From a virus, in the IMG/VR virus record IMGVR_UViG_3300006750_000002, positions 1 through 64,000 of that record: 64,000 nt of DNA; one strand, 5' to 3'. The translations under genes were made by a program, and so were the position numbers. Below are positions 19,208-28,346 of this stretch, piece by piece (positions within the stretch are counted from its first letter, which is position 1; each line of letters opens with the position of its first letter). The notes under the pieces were generated by a model that was not told where the DNA came from, did no database searches, and worked only from the letters and a program-made list of their open reading frames with translations.

Positions 19208-20036
19208 TACTTATACTCTTTATCTTCTTGTTTATCATCTCCCAGATATTGTAATCATTCAACATCAGATTTCTAGCCTCTGTCAATGCCGCAATATCCT
19301 TCTCAGTTAATGGTGTGGTTATAATCTCACTGATTGTCTTCGCTGGGTTAGGGTCGTTAATATCAAGTAACCTGTAGCTACCTTCAGGGAACCACTCAGC
19401 GATATTGGGGCAGCCCCAGTATATCGGCATACACCATGATAAATAAGCGTCAGCCAACTTCTCAGTCCAGTAATTCTTCTGTTGTGAATTCTCCATAACG
19501 ATGGTATACCTGTAATCAATCAACCCTTTGAATTTACACGTACCGTTATAATTCAACACACCTTTATATCTACCACCATAAGATTTGTTATGACCCTTCC
19601 CATACAAGTCCATTTCTGGTAACACACCACTGAATACTTTATCAACATATCTTCTCCTGTGTTCATGTTTACTAGATACAACACAACTGGCTAATTTATC
19701 CTTAGCTGGGTATTCCAGAGCCGTCAATTCGTCATAGGTCTTACCCAACCAATACGTTACACCACCATTAGCGTCTGAGAAGTCAATGATATGCTTGTAC
19801 GGTATGTGAGGTACTCGCTTTATAAAGTTAGGCTCACGCTTGATGAATATTGTTCTATCAAGTGGTGGTTTTGGTGCCGTACTCTCCAGTACGATATAGA
19901 AGTCAGCCTCATCGTATTTATCCGTAACCACCAAGTCATCCCACTTACCAGAGCAATTAGGTGTTTGTTTTGAATACCTAGCATTCAAAGTGGGGTTTGG
20001 TTCGCCCCAACCGTTTATGAAATATATCTTAGTCAT
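19197..20036 (-). CDS. Glycosyltransferase family 10 (alpha-1,3/4-fucosyltransferase-like)
   Basis: YRYTIVMENSQQKNYWTEKLADAYLSWCMPIYWG matches the GT10 alpha-1,3 motif. Confidence 0.85.
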   Translation of the reverse strand: MTKIYFINGWGEPNPTLNARYSKQTPNCSGKWDDLVVTDKYDEADFYIVLESTAPKPPLDRTIFIKREPNFIKRVPHIPYKHIIDFSDANGGVTYWLGKTYDELTALEYPAKDKLASCVVSSKHEHRRRYVDKVFSGVLPEMDLYGKGHNKSYGGRYKGVLNYNGTCKFKGLIDYRYTIVMENSQQKNYWTEKLADAYLSWCMPIYWGCPNIAEWFPEGSYRLLDINDPNPAKTISEIITTPLTEKDIAALTEARNLMLNDYNIWEMINKKIKSISNGR

Positions 20037-20636
20037 TTAAAATTCGTAGTTGAATAGCTCTATATCTTTAGCGTAAACCTCAGCAATGATTCCTTTGGTT
20101 TCCTCATCGTAATAATCCTTGTAATCAATGTGTGAGTTATCACTTTGGTTTATAACCTGTAGGTTCGGTACCATAACTTTAAACTCTTCATTTGTGGCTA
20201 ACTCTTCTAACCTGAATACCTTATCAACCAATACCTTACCAGAGGTATCACAAAGATATTTGTGTTGAGCTTCCCAACCGTGGTGTTTGAACACCTTTGG
20301 GTTCTCTTTTAGTTTGTGTATAGCGTCCGTAAAGCTCATATCTTTCATCACATTATAGTCTGGGTGCGTACCATCCCTCTTAAAACCTTTAACAGAGTGC
20401 CAGTAACTTTCAGCCATCTTAGCGTACTCATAGTTGGAGACCGTTCTTGACCATGGATTACGAACCACACCGAACTTGGTGAAGGTATCCCATTCCGTTG
20501 GTAAACCTCTCATGTAAAATTGTGGGTAATGATGTCCAATTAGTGTGAACGCCATACCTTCAGCTTTACTTATAGCTGTACCACCATTCTTAGGTACGTG
20601 AATGAATATTAACTTATGTTTATGTGATATTGGCAT
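20037..20636 (-). CDS. Sulfotransferase family 2, paralog of 14991-15599
   Basis: MPISHKHKLIFIHVPKNGGTAI, VVRNPWSRTVSNY. Confidence 0.85.
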   Translation of the reverse strand: MPISHKHKLIFIHVPKNGGTAISKAEGMAFTLIGHHYPQFYMRGLPTEWDTFTKFGVVRNPWSRTVSNYEYAKMAESYWHSVKGFKRDGTHPDYNVMKDMSFTDAIHKLKENPKVFKHHGWEAQHKYLCDTSGKVLVDKVFRLEELATNEEFKVMVPNLQVINQSDNSHIDYKDYYDEETKGIIAEVYAKDIELFNYEF

Positions 20637-20744
20637 CTCTTACTAATCTATCATAGTTCTTAGGTGACTCGCAACAAGTATTCCTTATACCAATAAGTTT
20701 AGACCATTCAAATACCTTCATATTAACATACATAACACTTTTAA

Positions 20745-20834
20745 TTATAAAGTCAATTTTTTGTAGGCCTCTAATAATTCTTTTGGCGTTTGACCCCAAT
20801 TACATGAAAATGCTATTTTAATATCTTTTTTCAT
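20745..20834 (-). pseudogene. Truncated 5' end of a GT10-like gene (29 aa)
   Basis: MKKDIKIAFSCNWGQTPKELLEAYKKLTL* aligns by eye with the N-terminus KIYFINGWGEPNPTLNARYSKQTP of ORF 19197-20036. Confidence 0.55.
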
Positions 20835-20835
20835 T

Positions 20836-21495
20836 TTAATTTAACCCACTTTTGTTTTTAACCGTATTAAAATCTCTTATCATCCATTCATAAGTTTCAG
20901 AAACAATATTAGTAATATCACTTAGGCCAGGTTGTTGTATGGCATAGATTGGGTCCATTACAAAAGATTGACCTCTTCTTTTGACTATATGGTTATCTAA
21001 AACAGTATCTACAATATTGTATCCTCTACTCGTAGAGCTAGTCCATGCTTCAATCATATAGTCGAAAGCTTGGGCATTAGCCGCATATGCATGCGTAGTA
21101 AATGCAAAATTAGTTTTTAATATTCTATCGGTAACCCTAGTAAACCTTCCAGTTCGTGGACACATTGTTACACCCACATAAAATAAATCCCATTTACCAA
21201 TACTTTTTAAATCTTTAAAGGCTTCTTCTAAACGTTTAATATCTGTTTCTACAAATAAAACATCATCTTCAAAAATTAAAACATTCTCTAATCCGTCTTC
21301 CTTACATTTTTTAATTAAAGTAAGATGAGATAAAGTACAACCAAGATTACCATCAGTATGTTTAATTCCTGACCATCTTTCTACTTGGTCTAGAATATTT
21401 ATTTTTTCAAACTCTTTTTGAGCCAGTTCCCATCGGTCTACCCGTTCATCTAAGTTAATGCAATATACCTTATCAAAATATTCATTTATACCCAT
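20836..21495 (-). CDS. Glycosyltransferase family 25
   Basis: YCINLDERVDRW, GCTLSH, LIFEDDV, TTHAY. Confidence 0.85.
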   Translation of the reverse strand: MGINEYFDKVYCINLDERVDRWELAQKEFEKINILDQVERWSGIKHTDGNLGCTLSHLTLIKKCKEDGLENVLIFEDDVLFVETDIKRLEEAFKDLKSIGKWDLFYVGVTMCPRTGRFTRVTDRILKTNFAFTTHAYAANAQAFDYMIEAWTSSTSRGYNIVDTVLDNHIVKRRGQSFVMDPIYAIQQPGLSDITNIVSETYEWMIRDFNTVKNKSGLN

Positions 21496-22262
21496 TTGTC
21501 AAATAATTTTTTAGTTTCTACTATATCGTAGAATTTATCTGGTGCTCCCCCCATTAGTCCTCGTTGGGGATACTCCCACTTTTCATAGTAGTCGACCAAT
21601 TTTTTTATATCTTTAAAGTTAGGTGAGGCGGAGGAATTCTGTAGTTTTATTGCAATATTTTTACGTACATAACTCATATGGTGCATTTCTATTTCTTCTC
21701 TAGTAAAAATTTTGCACTTACCCCCATCCATCCGTCTAGTGGGGTCAACCAGTGCCGGAAATGGAAGACCTAAGACATATTGTTTGCCTCTTCTAATTTT
21801 ATATAATAAGGACACATAATAATCTTCTTTTGGGTCTAAGCGATAAATAGGTTCCTTATAATATGTTGTCATCTGACAAGCACCAGAATCAAAATCCCCT
21901 TCTTCCATAGTAATTTTCATCGTTTTAAATTGTTCATCAGTGTAGAATTCGTCTGAATCCATGGCCATATGATGGGTACACTTCTGACCTTCTGATAAAA
22001 ATAAACCAACATTTCTTTTAGTAATTTCATTATAGTGACCACCTTTGAGGGGCTGGGGTTTATACCTATAGAGTTCATCTACCAAACCATCATTTTTAAG
22101 TTTTTTAAGGAGGGGCACTAATTCTTTACTACAAGGATTACCAAAGTTAGAAATCTCCTGGTATACTACTGAAATGTAATCTACGTTTTCTCGGACACTT
22201 CTTATAGAATTCTCCAATAACTCTTCTCCATCAAATATGTTATAACTTATCCCTAATTTCAT
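21486..22262 (-). CDS. GT2-like glycosyltransferase
   Basis: LLENSIRSVRENVDYI, KRNVGL, MAMDSDEFY. Confidence 0.65.
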   Translation of the reverse strand: MKLGISYNIFDGEELLENSIRSVRENVDYISVVYQEISNFGNPCSKELVPLLKKLKNDGLVDELYRYKPQPLKGGHYNEITKRNVGLFLSEGQKCTHHMAMDSDEFYTDEQFKTMKITMEEGDFDSGACQMTTYYKEPIYRLDPKEDYYVSLLYKIRRGKQYVLGLPFPALVDPTRRMDGGKCKIFTREEIEMHHMSYVRKNIAIKLQNSSASPNFKDIKKLVDYYEKWEYPQRGLMGGAPDKFYDIVETKKLFDKWV

Positions 22263-23797
22263 GTTGTTAATGTTTTATATTTATTTTTTATGATTAAAGA
22301 CAAATTATTTTTATCTATATTAGAAAAATAATTATGACACATTCCACTTCCTATTATTTTAGGTAATAGTCTTTGTGTATAATCTTCGTATTCCCTTTTT
22401 AATTTTTCTTTGTCGTTATTTCTTGTTTGACTTTCATAGTGATATGCGACTGCACTCCCAACCAAATAATTTTTAAGTCTTTTGTTTAAACACTCAATGT
22501 TTAATTCTACGTCTTCGAAACATTCATTATATGTTTCTTTAAACCCCCCTATTTGTTTAAATAGGTTTTTTTTAATCATCATAAACGCCGCCGTATTCCC
22601 AAAAACTTCTTTTCTTCCTTGATGGTAGTTAAAGTAACTACCAATACCATGATGACTTACTCTAATATTATATTTGTCGTCTACAAATGCGATTACTCCC
22701 GAGTGTTGGATTTTATTGTCACCAAAATGAAGTCTTATTCCTACAGTTCCTGATTGTTTGTTTGTGTTAAATACCTCAACCATCTGAGTAATAGCATTAT
22801 TTAACAACTTTATGTCATTATTACAAAATAATAACAATTCTACATCATCTTCTACGTGACTAGACACCATATCATTATTAATACTCGCAAAATTATAATA
22901 ATTATATTCTATTAATTTGATGCTGGGTTTATCTTCAATATAGTTTTTTATTTCTTCTAATTCTTCTAAAGACGAACCTGTATCACCTATGTAAATTTTT
23001 AAATTAGGGTAATCATCTACCGTAATTAGAGAATTAACACACTCTTTTAATAGATGAACGTTCCCTTTAGTCGGTATCACCACCCCCACTGTTGGGTTTT
23101 TTTTAAGTTTAATTTTTTTACCCTTTACTAAAATAGGTGGAGTTAATGAGTAAGGTAAATTTTTAGAGTGGTTTTCCACAAACTGTCTTCTATTTTTTTC
23201 CCACTCATCATTCGTTTGACCTATAGATTTATGGGTTATAGTAATGTTAGTAATTACTCCTACTTTGGTTCCACCTAAATGGTTTGTAAAACAAAAGTCC
23301 ACCTCATAAAAATGAAATCCTTTTATGTTTTCGTCAAAAGAATTTTTTAATCTATCTTTATGTACTACAAAAAATAAACCATCAACTAATATACTTTCTA
23401 ATATTTCATCACCAAATTTAGGTGAGTAAACACTATTCCAAGTTTTACCTTCATGAGTGTGTTTAACTTGACCTAACATTAACGAGGGATTTTGCCACCA
23501 TCTTCCTGTTGCTTGCATTTCAGTTGTCCCAGCGACACCCAGGATGCCAAATTTACTATTGTTAAAATGTGAGATAAGTTTTTTACCCCAATTCTTGGTA
23601 TTAAATATAATGTCATTATGACAAAATACTACAATATCGTGTTTACAAGATTCTAATGCACGGTTATAGAACTGGGTTAGGGGTTCCCCTTTATTTATAT
23701 ATTCTATTATCTCCACACCCTTTAACCCCACAGTTTTTTTAATGTGGTCCGAGTGTTCAAGCATTGGTTCGGGGGTACAGTAGACAACACTTATCAT
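22259..23797 (-). CDS. Two-domain glycosyltransferase family 2
   Basis: N-domain VVFCHNDIIF, VDGLF, FHFYEVDFC; C-domain VVIPTK, LLFCNNDI, GNTAAFMMI, CFEDVEL. Confidence 0.9.
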   Translation of the reverse strand: MISVVYCTPEPMLEHSDHIKKTVGLKGVEIIEYINKGEPLTQFYNRALESCKHDIVVFCHNDIIFNTKNWGKKLISHFNNSKFGILGVAGTTEMQATGRWWQNPSLMLGQVKHTHEGKTWNSVYSPKFGDEILESILVDGLFFVVHKDRLKNSFDENIKGFHFYEVDFCFTNHLGGTKVGVITNITITHKSIGQTNDEWEKNRRQFVENHSKNLPYSLTPPILVKGKKIKLKKNPTVGVVIPTKGNVHLLKECVNSLITVDDYPNLKIYIGDTGSSLEELEEIKNYIEDKPSIKLIEYNYYNFASINNDMVSSHVEDDVELLLFCNNDIKLLNNAITQMVEVFNTNKQSGTVGIRLHFGDNKIQHSGVIAFVDDKYNIRVSHHGIGSYFNYHQGRKEVFGNTAAFMMIKKNLFKQIGGFKETYNECFEDVELNIECLNKRLKNYLVGSAVAYHYESQTRNNDKEKLKREYEDYTQRLLPKIIGSGMCHNYFSNIDKNNLSLIIKNKYKTLTT

Positions 23798-24765
23798 TAT
23801 AAATAGGATTTTACAGTTTCAGTGATGCCTAAATTAAAGTTAACCTCAGGTTTCCACCTTAATTTAGTGTAAATCTTATCAAAGTTTATGGAATGTCTTA
23901 GGTCGTGACCAGGGTGGTCGTTAACGAAGGAGATTAGCCTAGAAGAGGTACCTGGGACCAAACCCTTAATGTTATCATAAGTTAAACAAATTTTCTTAAT
24001 TAATTCTAAATTAGTTAATTCGGTATTGCTACCAACATTGTACCTTTCACCACCTTTTCCTGAATGGAAGACCTTATCCAACGCTTTGACATGGTCTTCT
24101 ACGTGTATCCAATCCCTTACGTTGCTACCATCACCATAAACGGGAATTTGATTATTTTTTTTGAGGCAGTCAATTACTTTTGGTATTAGTTTCTCTTGAT
24201 GTTGGTTTGGCCCATAATTGTTAGAGCAGTGTGTGATACACCCAGGCAATCCATGGGTTTTATATGCCGCTAACACTAAAAAGTCAGCAGATGCTTTAGA
24301 AGCGGAATAAGGAGAACTAGGAGAAAAAGGTGTAAATTCATAAAAAGTTCTACCATCGTTAAAATCTAAACTACCATAAACTTCATCGGTGGAAACCTGT
24401 AAAAATTTAGCTACTTTATATTTTAATGAAGAGTTTATCAACGTCTGAGTACCAATAACGTTAGTCACTAAAAAAATGTCCTCGTCCTCTATTGAGTTAT
24501 CTACGTGGGTTTCTGCCGCAACATTAATAACACCATCGAAGTTGTGTAAGTCAAAAAGATTGTTTATAAATTTTTTTTTGGAGATGTCTACCTTATAAAA
24601 ATTAATCTTATTAATGTACTCACCCAGATTTTTTTTATTTCCAGCGTATGTTAGTGAGTCGATAACGTGGATGTCATACGTTGGGTATTGGTCTACCATG
24701 TATTTCACCAGGTGAGACCCTATAAAACCAGCTCCTCCAGTTATTAAAATAGTTCTTTTTTGCAT
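23797..24765 (-). CDS. rfbB: dTDP-glucose 4,6-dehydratase
   Basis: ITGGAGFIGSH, DSLTYAGN, AAETHVDNSI, VSTDEVYG, SPYSASKAS, CSNNYGP, YGDGSNVRDWIHVEDH, PGHDLR. Confidence 0.93.
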   Translation of the reverse strand: MQKRTILITGGAGFIGSHLVKYMVDQYPTYDIHVIDSLTYAGNKKNLGEYINKINFYKVDISKKKFINNLFDLHNFDGVINVAAETHVDNSIEDEDIFLVTNVIGTQTLINSSLKYKVAKFLQVSTDEVYGSLDFNDGRTFYEFTPFSPSSPYSASKASADFLVLAAYKTHGLPGCITHCSNNYGPNQHQEKLIPKVIDCLKKNNQIPVYGDGSNVRDWIHVEDHVKALDKVFHSGKGGERYNVGSNTELTNLELIKKICLTYDNIKGLVPGTSSRLISFVNDHPGHDLRHSINFDKIYTKLRWKPEVNFNLGITETVKSYL

Positions 24766-24772
24766 ATTATTT

Positions 24773-25402
24773 TTATTTTATACCAGTACTCCCGAATCCC
24801 TCACTCTCTCGATTAGAGCTACTCAACCCACTAACTTTATTTAATTCACCCCACACTTTATCCAACACTGGTGACACTACCCCCTGAGCTATGCGGTCAC
24901 CATTTACTATGGTAAATGGTTCGTTACCTAAATTAACTAGTATTATTGAAACCTCACCCCTATAGTTACTGTCTACAGTTCCAGGGGTATTAAGTACCGT
25001 AATACCATGTTTTAAAGCTAAACCACTACGTGGACGGACCTGTAATTCATAACCCCTAGGAACCTCAAAGTAAAGGCCTGTAGAAATTAATTTTCTATCA
25101 TGTGGGTTAATGGTGATTCTGTCCTCACCATTTAGATTAGCTCTAAAGTCGAAACCACTATCACCTTCATGGAAATAATCGGGGTCCGTATTAGTACTTT
25201 TATTTAAAAACTTTATTTGTATCTTAGGTTTAGTTATCTCCCCTTGGTTATTTGGGTACACCACACTTTCTTTTATTTTGGCGAATTTCTTTAAAGCTTT
25301 TTCAGTTTCTGGTGAAGTTTCTGACTGAGGAATTAAATTAGTAATCTCATTAATTGTTTCTTTTAATTTCTTAATGTCATTTATTATTCTTTCTCTACCC
25401 AT
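24773..25402 (-). CDS. dut: Trimeric dUTPase with N-terminal extension
   Basis: SGFDF, QVRPRSGLA, NTPGTVDSNYRGE, GDRIAQ, RESEGFGSTG. Confidence 0.95.
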   Translation of the reverse strand: MGRERIINDIKKLKETINEITNLIPQSETSPETEKALKKFAKIKESVVYPNNQGEITKPKIQIKFLNKSTNTDPDYFHEGDSGFDFRANLNGEDRITINPHDRKLISTGLYFEVPRGYELQVRPRSGLALKHGITVLNTPGTVDSNYRGEVSIILVNLGNEPFTIVNGDRIAQGVVSPVLDKVWGELNKVSGLSSSNRESEGFGSTGIK

Positions 25403-26121
25403 TGTGTTATTTTTTTTACTAAATTTATTGTAGCGATAACATCATTTTCACAATATTCTTTTATGTTATCATCCCTATTTACCCCTAACGATTTTTCCTT
25501 TCCTTCAACCCAATCATAGTAATACTTATGCATATTCTCCCCTTTTAGGTCACCGTCTTTTGGTGAAATAATGTCTAATGAAGCACAAATTAAATCTAAG
25601 GAAGACAGTCCTATGTAGGAATTAAATCCCCACACCTCTTTAGTGTCTACCACCCTGGTTTCCCAAGGTTTATCGTTATATGTCGGGATTATTTTGGGTA
25701 TGCTGAACCCATGGATTAATAACCGTTTACCGATATAAGGTAAATCAAAACTTTTAACATTATGTCCGCATAATTTAAAATTTAATTTATCTATCCTACC
25801 TAAAAGGGTTATTAGGTTGGTTAGAATACCTTTTTCATCTCCAACATAACTATCTAGTTTAGTTTTACCATCAGGAAGTAAAAAACCTACAGATACACAA
25901 ATTATTTTACCAAATTCAGGTAAAAGAGCTGCTTTTTTAATAAACATTTCATTCATCGAGAGCTCTTCGTCTTTAGGGTACCTACGTTTACAGTAATCGT
26001 ATCCTGTTTTTTCCCATATATTACATAACTGTGGGAATTCTGATTGTAGAGAATTTAAATCTTTCGTAATCCCCACAGTTTCTATATCTAGAAATAAAAG
26101 TTTATTTATATCTTTAATCAT
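25384..26121 (-). CDS. 3'-5' exonuclease (PolB-like/DnaQ superfamily)
   Basis: LFLDIETV, PEFGKIICVSVG, CGHNVKSFDLPY, YCENDV. Confidence 0.85.
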   Translation of the reverse strand: MIKDINKLLFLDIETVGITKDLNSLQSEFPQLCNIWEKTGYDYCKRRYPKDEELSMNEMFIKKAALLPEFGKIICVSVGFLLPDGKTKLDSYVGDEKGILTNLITLLGRIDKLNFKLCGHNVKSFDLPYIGKRLLIHGFSIPKIIPTYNDKPWETRVVDTKEVWGFNSYIGLSSLDLICASLDIISPKDGDLKGENMHKYYYDWVEGKEKSLGVNRDDNIKEYCENDVIATINLVKKITQWVEKE

Positions 26122-26123
26122 TG

Positions 26124-26351
26124 TTAATAATAATTAGGAGTTAGTGTTGGGTGTAATATATCCTCATAGGGTGCTTTAACTAACGATACAATTTCTGAAT
26201 CTCTTGTATCTTCAGCTAGGTACTTACTCATTCGGGTAGTAGCCTCATAGACAGACTCAGATTCTACAATATATTTAAATTTTTTAACTTTTGGGTTGCC
26301 ATTTCCGTCTAGGACTCCCGTTTCAAATGCTACAATTGCTTGGTAATACAT
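26124..26351 (-). CDS. Small hypothetical protein (resembles Bacteroidota DUF4494)
   Basis: G-x-PK-x-K-x-KYIVESESVYEA pattern. Confidence 0.45.
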   Translation of the reverse strand: MYYQAIVAFETGVLDGNGNPKVKKFKYIVESESVYEATTRMSKYLAEDTRDSEIVSLVKAPYEDILHPTLTPNYY

Positions 26352-26362
26352 ATTTTTCTTTT

Positions 26363-27586
26363 TTAATGTGATTTTATTATTTGTTTATATAATTCGGCTC
26401 GTTTCTCGGTTACTCTATCGATATGGTATTTTTGTACTGACTCATAAAGCCTTTCACCTAAATCCTCAACCAATGCCGGGTTGGTCACTAATCTTTTTAT
26501 GTGTTGGGCCCATAGTTTGTGGTTACGAGAAGAGTCAATAAGTAGAGAATTCCCCTTATCGTTAAATGTCCCCCCTTTTTCATAGGCATTAATACAATCT
26601 ATCTGGTAAGGCCCAAAATCTTGAGCAATTAAGGCTTTTTTATGAAATCCAGCTTCTATTACTTTCAATTGTGATTTAACCCTATTGAATGTATGGTGTC
26701 TCAGAGGAGCTAAACTAATGTCAAACTTATTGTAATTACTCGCGTACGTTGTGATAGGTTTGGTCCAGACCCTACGATAAGGCGTACTAGAATCACCGAA
26801 TTCCTCCCCAAACTTGAACTGCATTAACTGTGACATTTGACGTTCGTCTACTATTTTATGGTTCCCAGTGAATATTTTCTCATACTCAAACCAAACCGAC
26901 TCCTTTGGTCGTATCGGTCTAGTTTTTTCTTCCCCCGTTTGTTGGTTCATTTCTGTAATACTTCCTCGTGTGTCAAACCCACAAAGTACGAACTGAATTT
27001 GGTCTTTTAAAGGTGATAATTTATTTACCACACCCCTCAGTATTTCCAGGTCAGCTAAGTGAGAAGACCCACCTAACCACCCTACCCTAATACGGTCACT
27101 CTCTTCTGCATTAGACATAAACTGTTTTTCACTAGGGTCTACACTATTTGGTAGTACGTAAACGTTTTTGCATAGTTTTTTAATTTCTTCAGCAAATAAA
27201 GGTGTGGTTGTAGTAACGTAATCAGCTAATTTTAAATTATCTGTTATTAGTTTATCCATTCCTTTATTACGAATTATCATATATGCTGGATGTTCTGGAT
27301 TGGGTAACCAGTAATCATCTAAGTCCATAATAGCTGGGATACCCAATTTTTTAATCCTAGGGATAGTCTGCTGGGATAAATTGTAGTCAGGATGTAGGGT
27401 TCTATGGTAATGGATTAAATCATATTGTTTAAGGTAATTATCATCGTTAAGTCTTGGGTTGTAATCAATATCTACCCAAAAATCATCCCCGAAGTTCTCC
27501 TGTAATTTTAAATGTTGGTCGATAGACCTAAATTTGGATACCCCCGTACGGTCACTAGGTAAAACTAATACTTTGTATTTTGACAT
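26363..27586 (-). CDS. Glycosyltransferase (GT-B fold, GT4-like)
   Basis: RVGWLGGSSHLADL, DISLAPL, FNRVKSQLKVIEAG, LIAQDFGPY. Confidence 0.85.
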   Translation of the reverse strand: MSKYKVLVLPSDRTGVSKFRSIDQHLKLQENFGDDFWVDIDYNPRLNDDNYLKQYDLIHYHRTLHPDYNLSQQTIPRIKKLGIPAIMDLDDYWLPNPEHPAYMIIRNKGMDKLITDNLKLADYVTTTTPLFAEEIKKLCKNVYVLPNSVDPSEKQFMSNAEESDRIRVGWLGGSSHLADLEILRGVVNKLSPLKDQIQFVLCGFDTRGSITEMNQQTGEEKTRPIRPKESVWFEYEKIFTGNHKIVDERQMSQLMQFKFGEEFGDSSTPYRRVWTKPITTYASNYNKFDISLAPLRHHTFNRVKSQLKVIEAGFHKKALIAQDFGPYQIDCINAYEKGGTFNDKGNSLLIDSSRNHKLWAQHIKRLVTNPALVEDLGERLYESVQKYHIDRVTEKRAELYKQIIKSH

Positions 27587-27612
27587 CTATTCTTTCTATT
27601 TTAGCTGTGAAA

Positions 27613-27641
27613 AAGGTACGGACAATACACTGAATAGTCAA
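27613..27641 (-). promoter_or_regulatory. Sigma70-like promoter TTGACT-N17-TACCTT
   Basis: Sits between the terminator and the start of the GT/exonuclease/dut operon. Confidence 0.45.
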
Positions 27642-27644
27642 ACA

Positions 27645-27672
27645 AAAAAAGAGAGGATTTCCTCTCTTTTTT
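27645..27672. terminator. Rho-independent terminator (symmetric A/T tracts)
   Basis: AAAAAAGAGAGG-ATTT-CCTCTCTTTTTT. Confidence 0.8.
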
Positions 27673-27695
27673 AAAACACTATATTTGTAATAACT

Positions 27696-28346
27696 TTATT
27701 TCTTTATCGATTTAATCGATTTAATGTTACCTATAAATACTTTATTACCTACACGTATCTGTAGACTCTCTTTAATGTTTTTAGATTCTATAAGTAAATT
27801 TTCCTCCTTCATAATTTCCTTTATACACTCTTTTATTGTCTCTTTTAGTGTGTTAGTGTCAAGAGAAGCTGAGTCAAAGGGGGAAGGTATTGGGTCATTA
27901 GACTTATTTTCTATAATGTTTGTCGTGGGTATTGAAACTTTATTTACATTACTATTCGCGGAACTTCTCATACCTCCCACACTATATTCTTGGGAATTCA
28001 TTTTTTGACTTACTTTATCCATAAAAGACTCCGATAGGTTAGTGGTTGGTGACACATCAGGAATAGGGCTATCAATCATAGCTTGTTTAATAGCGTCTGG
28101 TAATCGTGAATTTCTTATGGCTTCTTCACTCATATTTGATTTGGGGTTCATATTTGGAGCACTATTAGAAGGCATAGAAGGCATAGTAGGCATAGTAGGC
28201 ATATGAGGTTGATTAATATTTGGTTGTGTAGGAACTGATTCAGTTTGTAGGTTAGGTAGATTACCAACACCGTTAGTTTTTTTGTTCATGGCATCATGCT
28301 CCATAAATTTTCTAGCGGTTAATAGTGAATTTTCTAGGTTTTTCAT
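27696..28346 (-). CDS. Hypothetical low-complexity (N/P/M/S-rich) protein
   Basis: 216 aa; MPT/MPS tandem repeats. Confidence 0.7.
   Translation of the reverse strand: MKNLENSLLTARKFMEHDAMNKKTNGVGNLPNLQTESVPTQPNINQPHMPTMPTMPSMPSNSAPNMNPKSNMSEEAIRNSRLPDAIKQAMIDSPIPDVSPTTNLSESFMDKVSQKMNSQEYSVGGMRSSANSNVNKVSIPTTNIIENKSNDPIPSPFDSASLDTNTLKETIKECIKEIMKEENLLIESKNIKESLQIRVGNKVFIGNIKSIKSIKK
28167..28203. repeat. 9-bp tandem repeat x4 (codes MPT/MPS)
   Basis: (ag[a/t]aggcat) units seen directly. Confidence 0.8.

Noticed and set aside
8657-27586. Interpreting the glycan locus as a bacterial O-antigen/capsule operon (host chromosome or prophage flank)
   Set aside because: No wzx/wzy/wzm/wzt, it is interleaved with phage-type phoH, dut, exonuclease and sigma genes, and it is flanked on both sides by virion genes.
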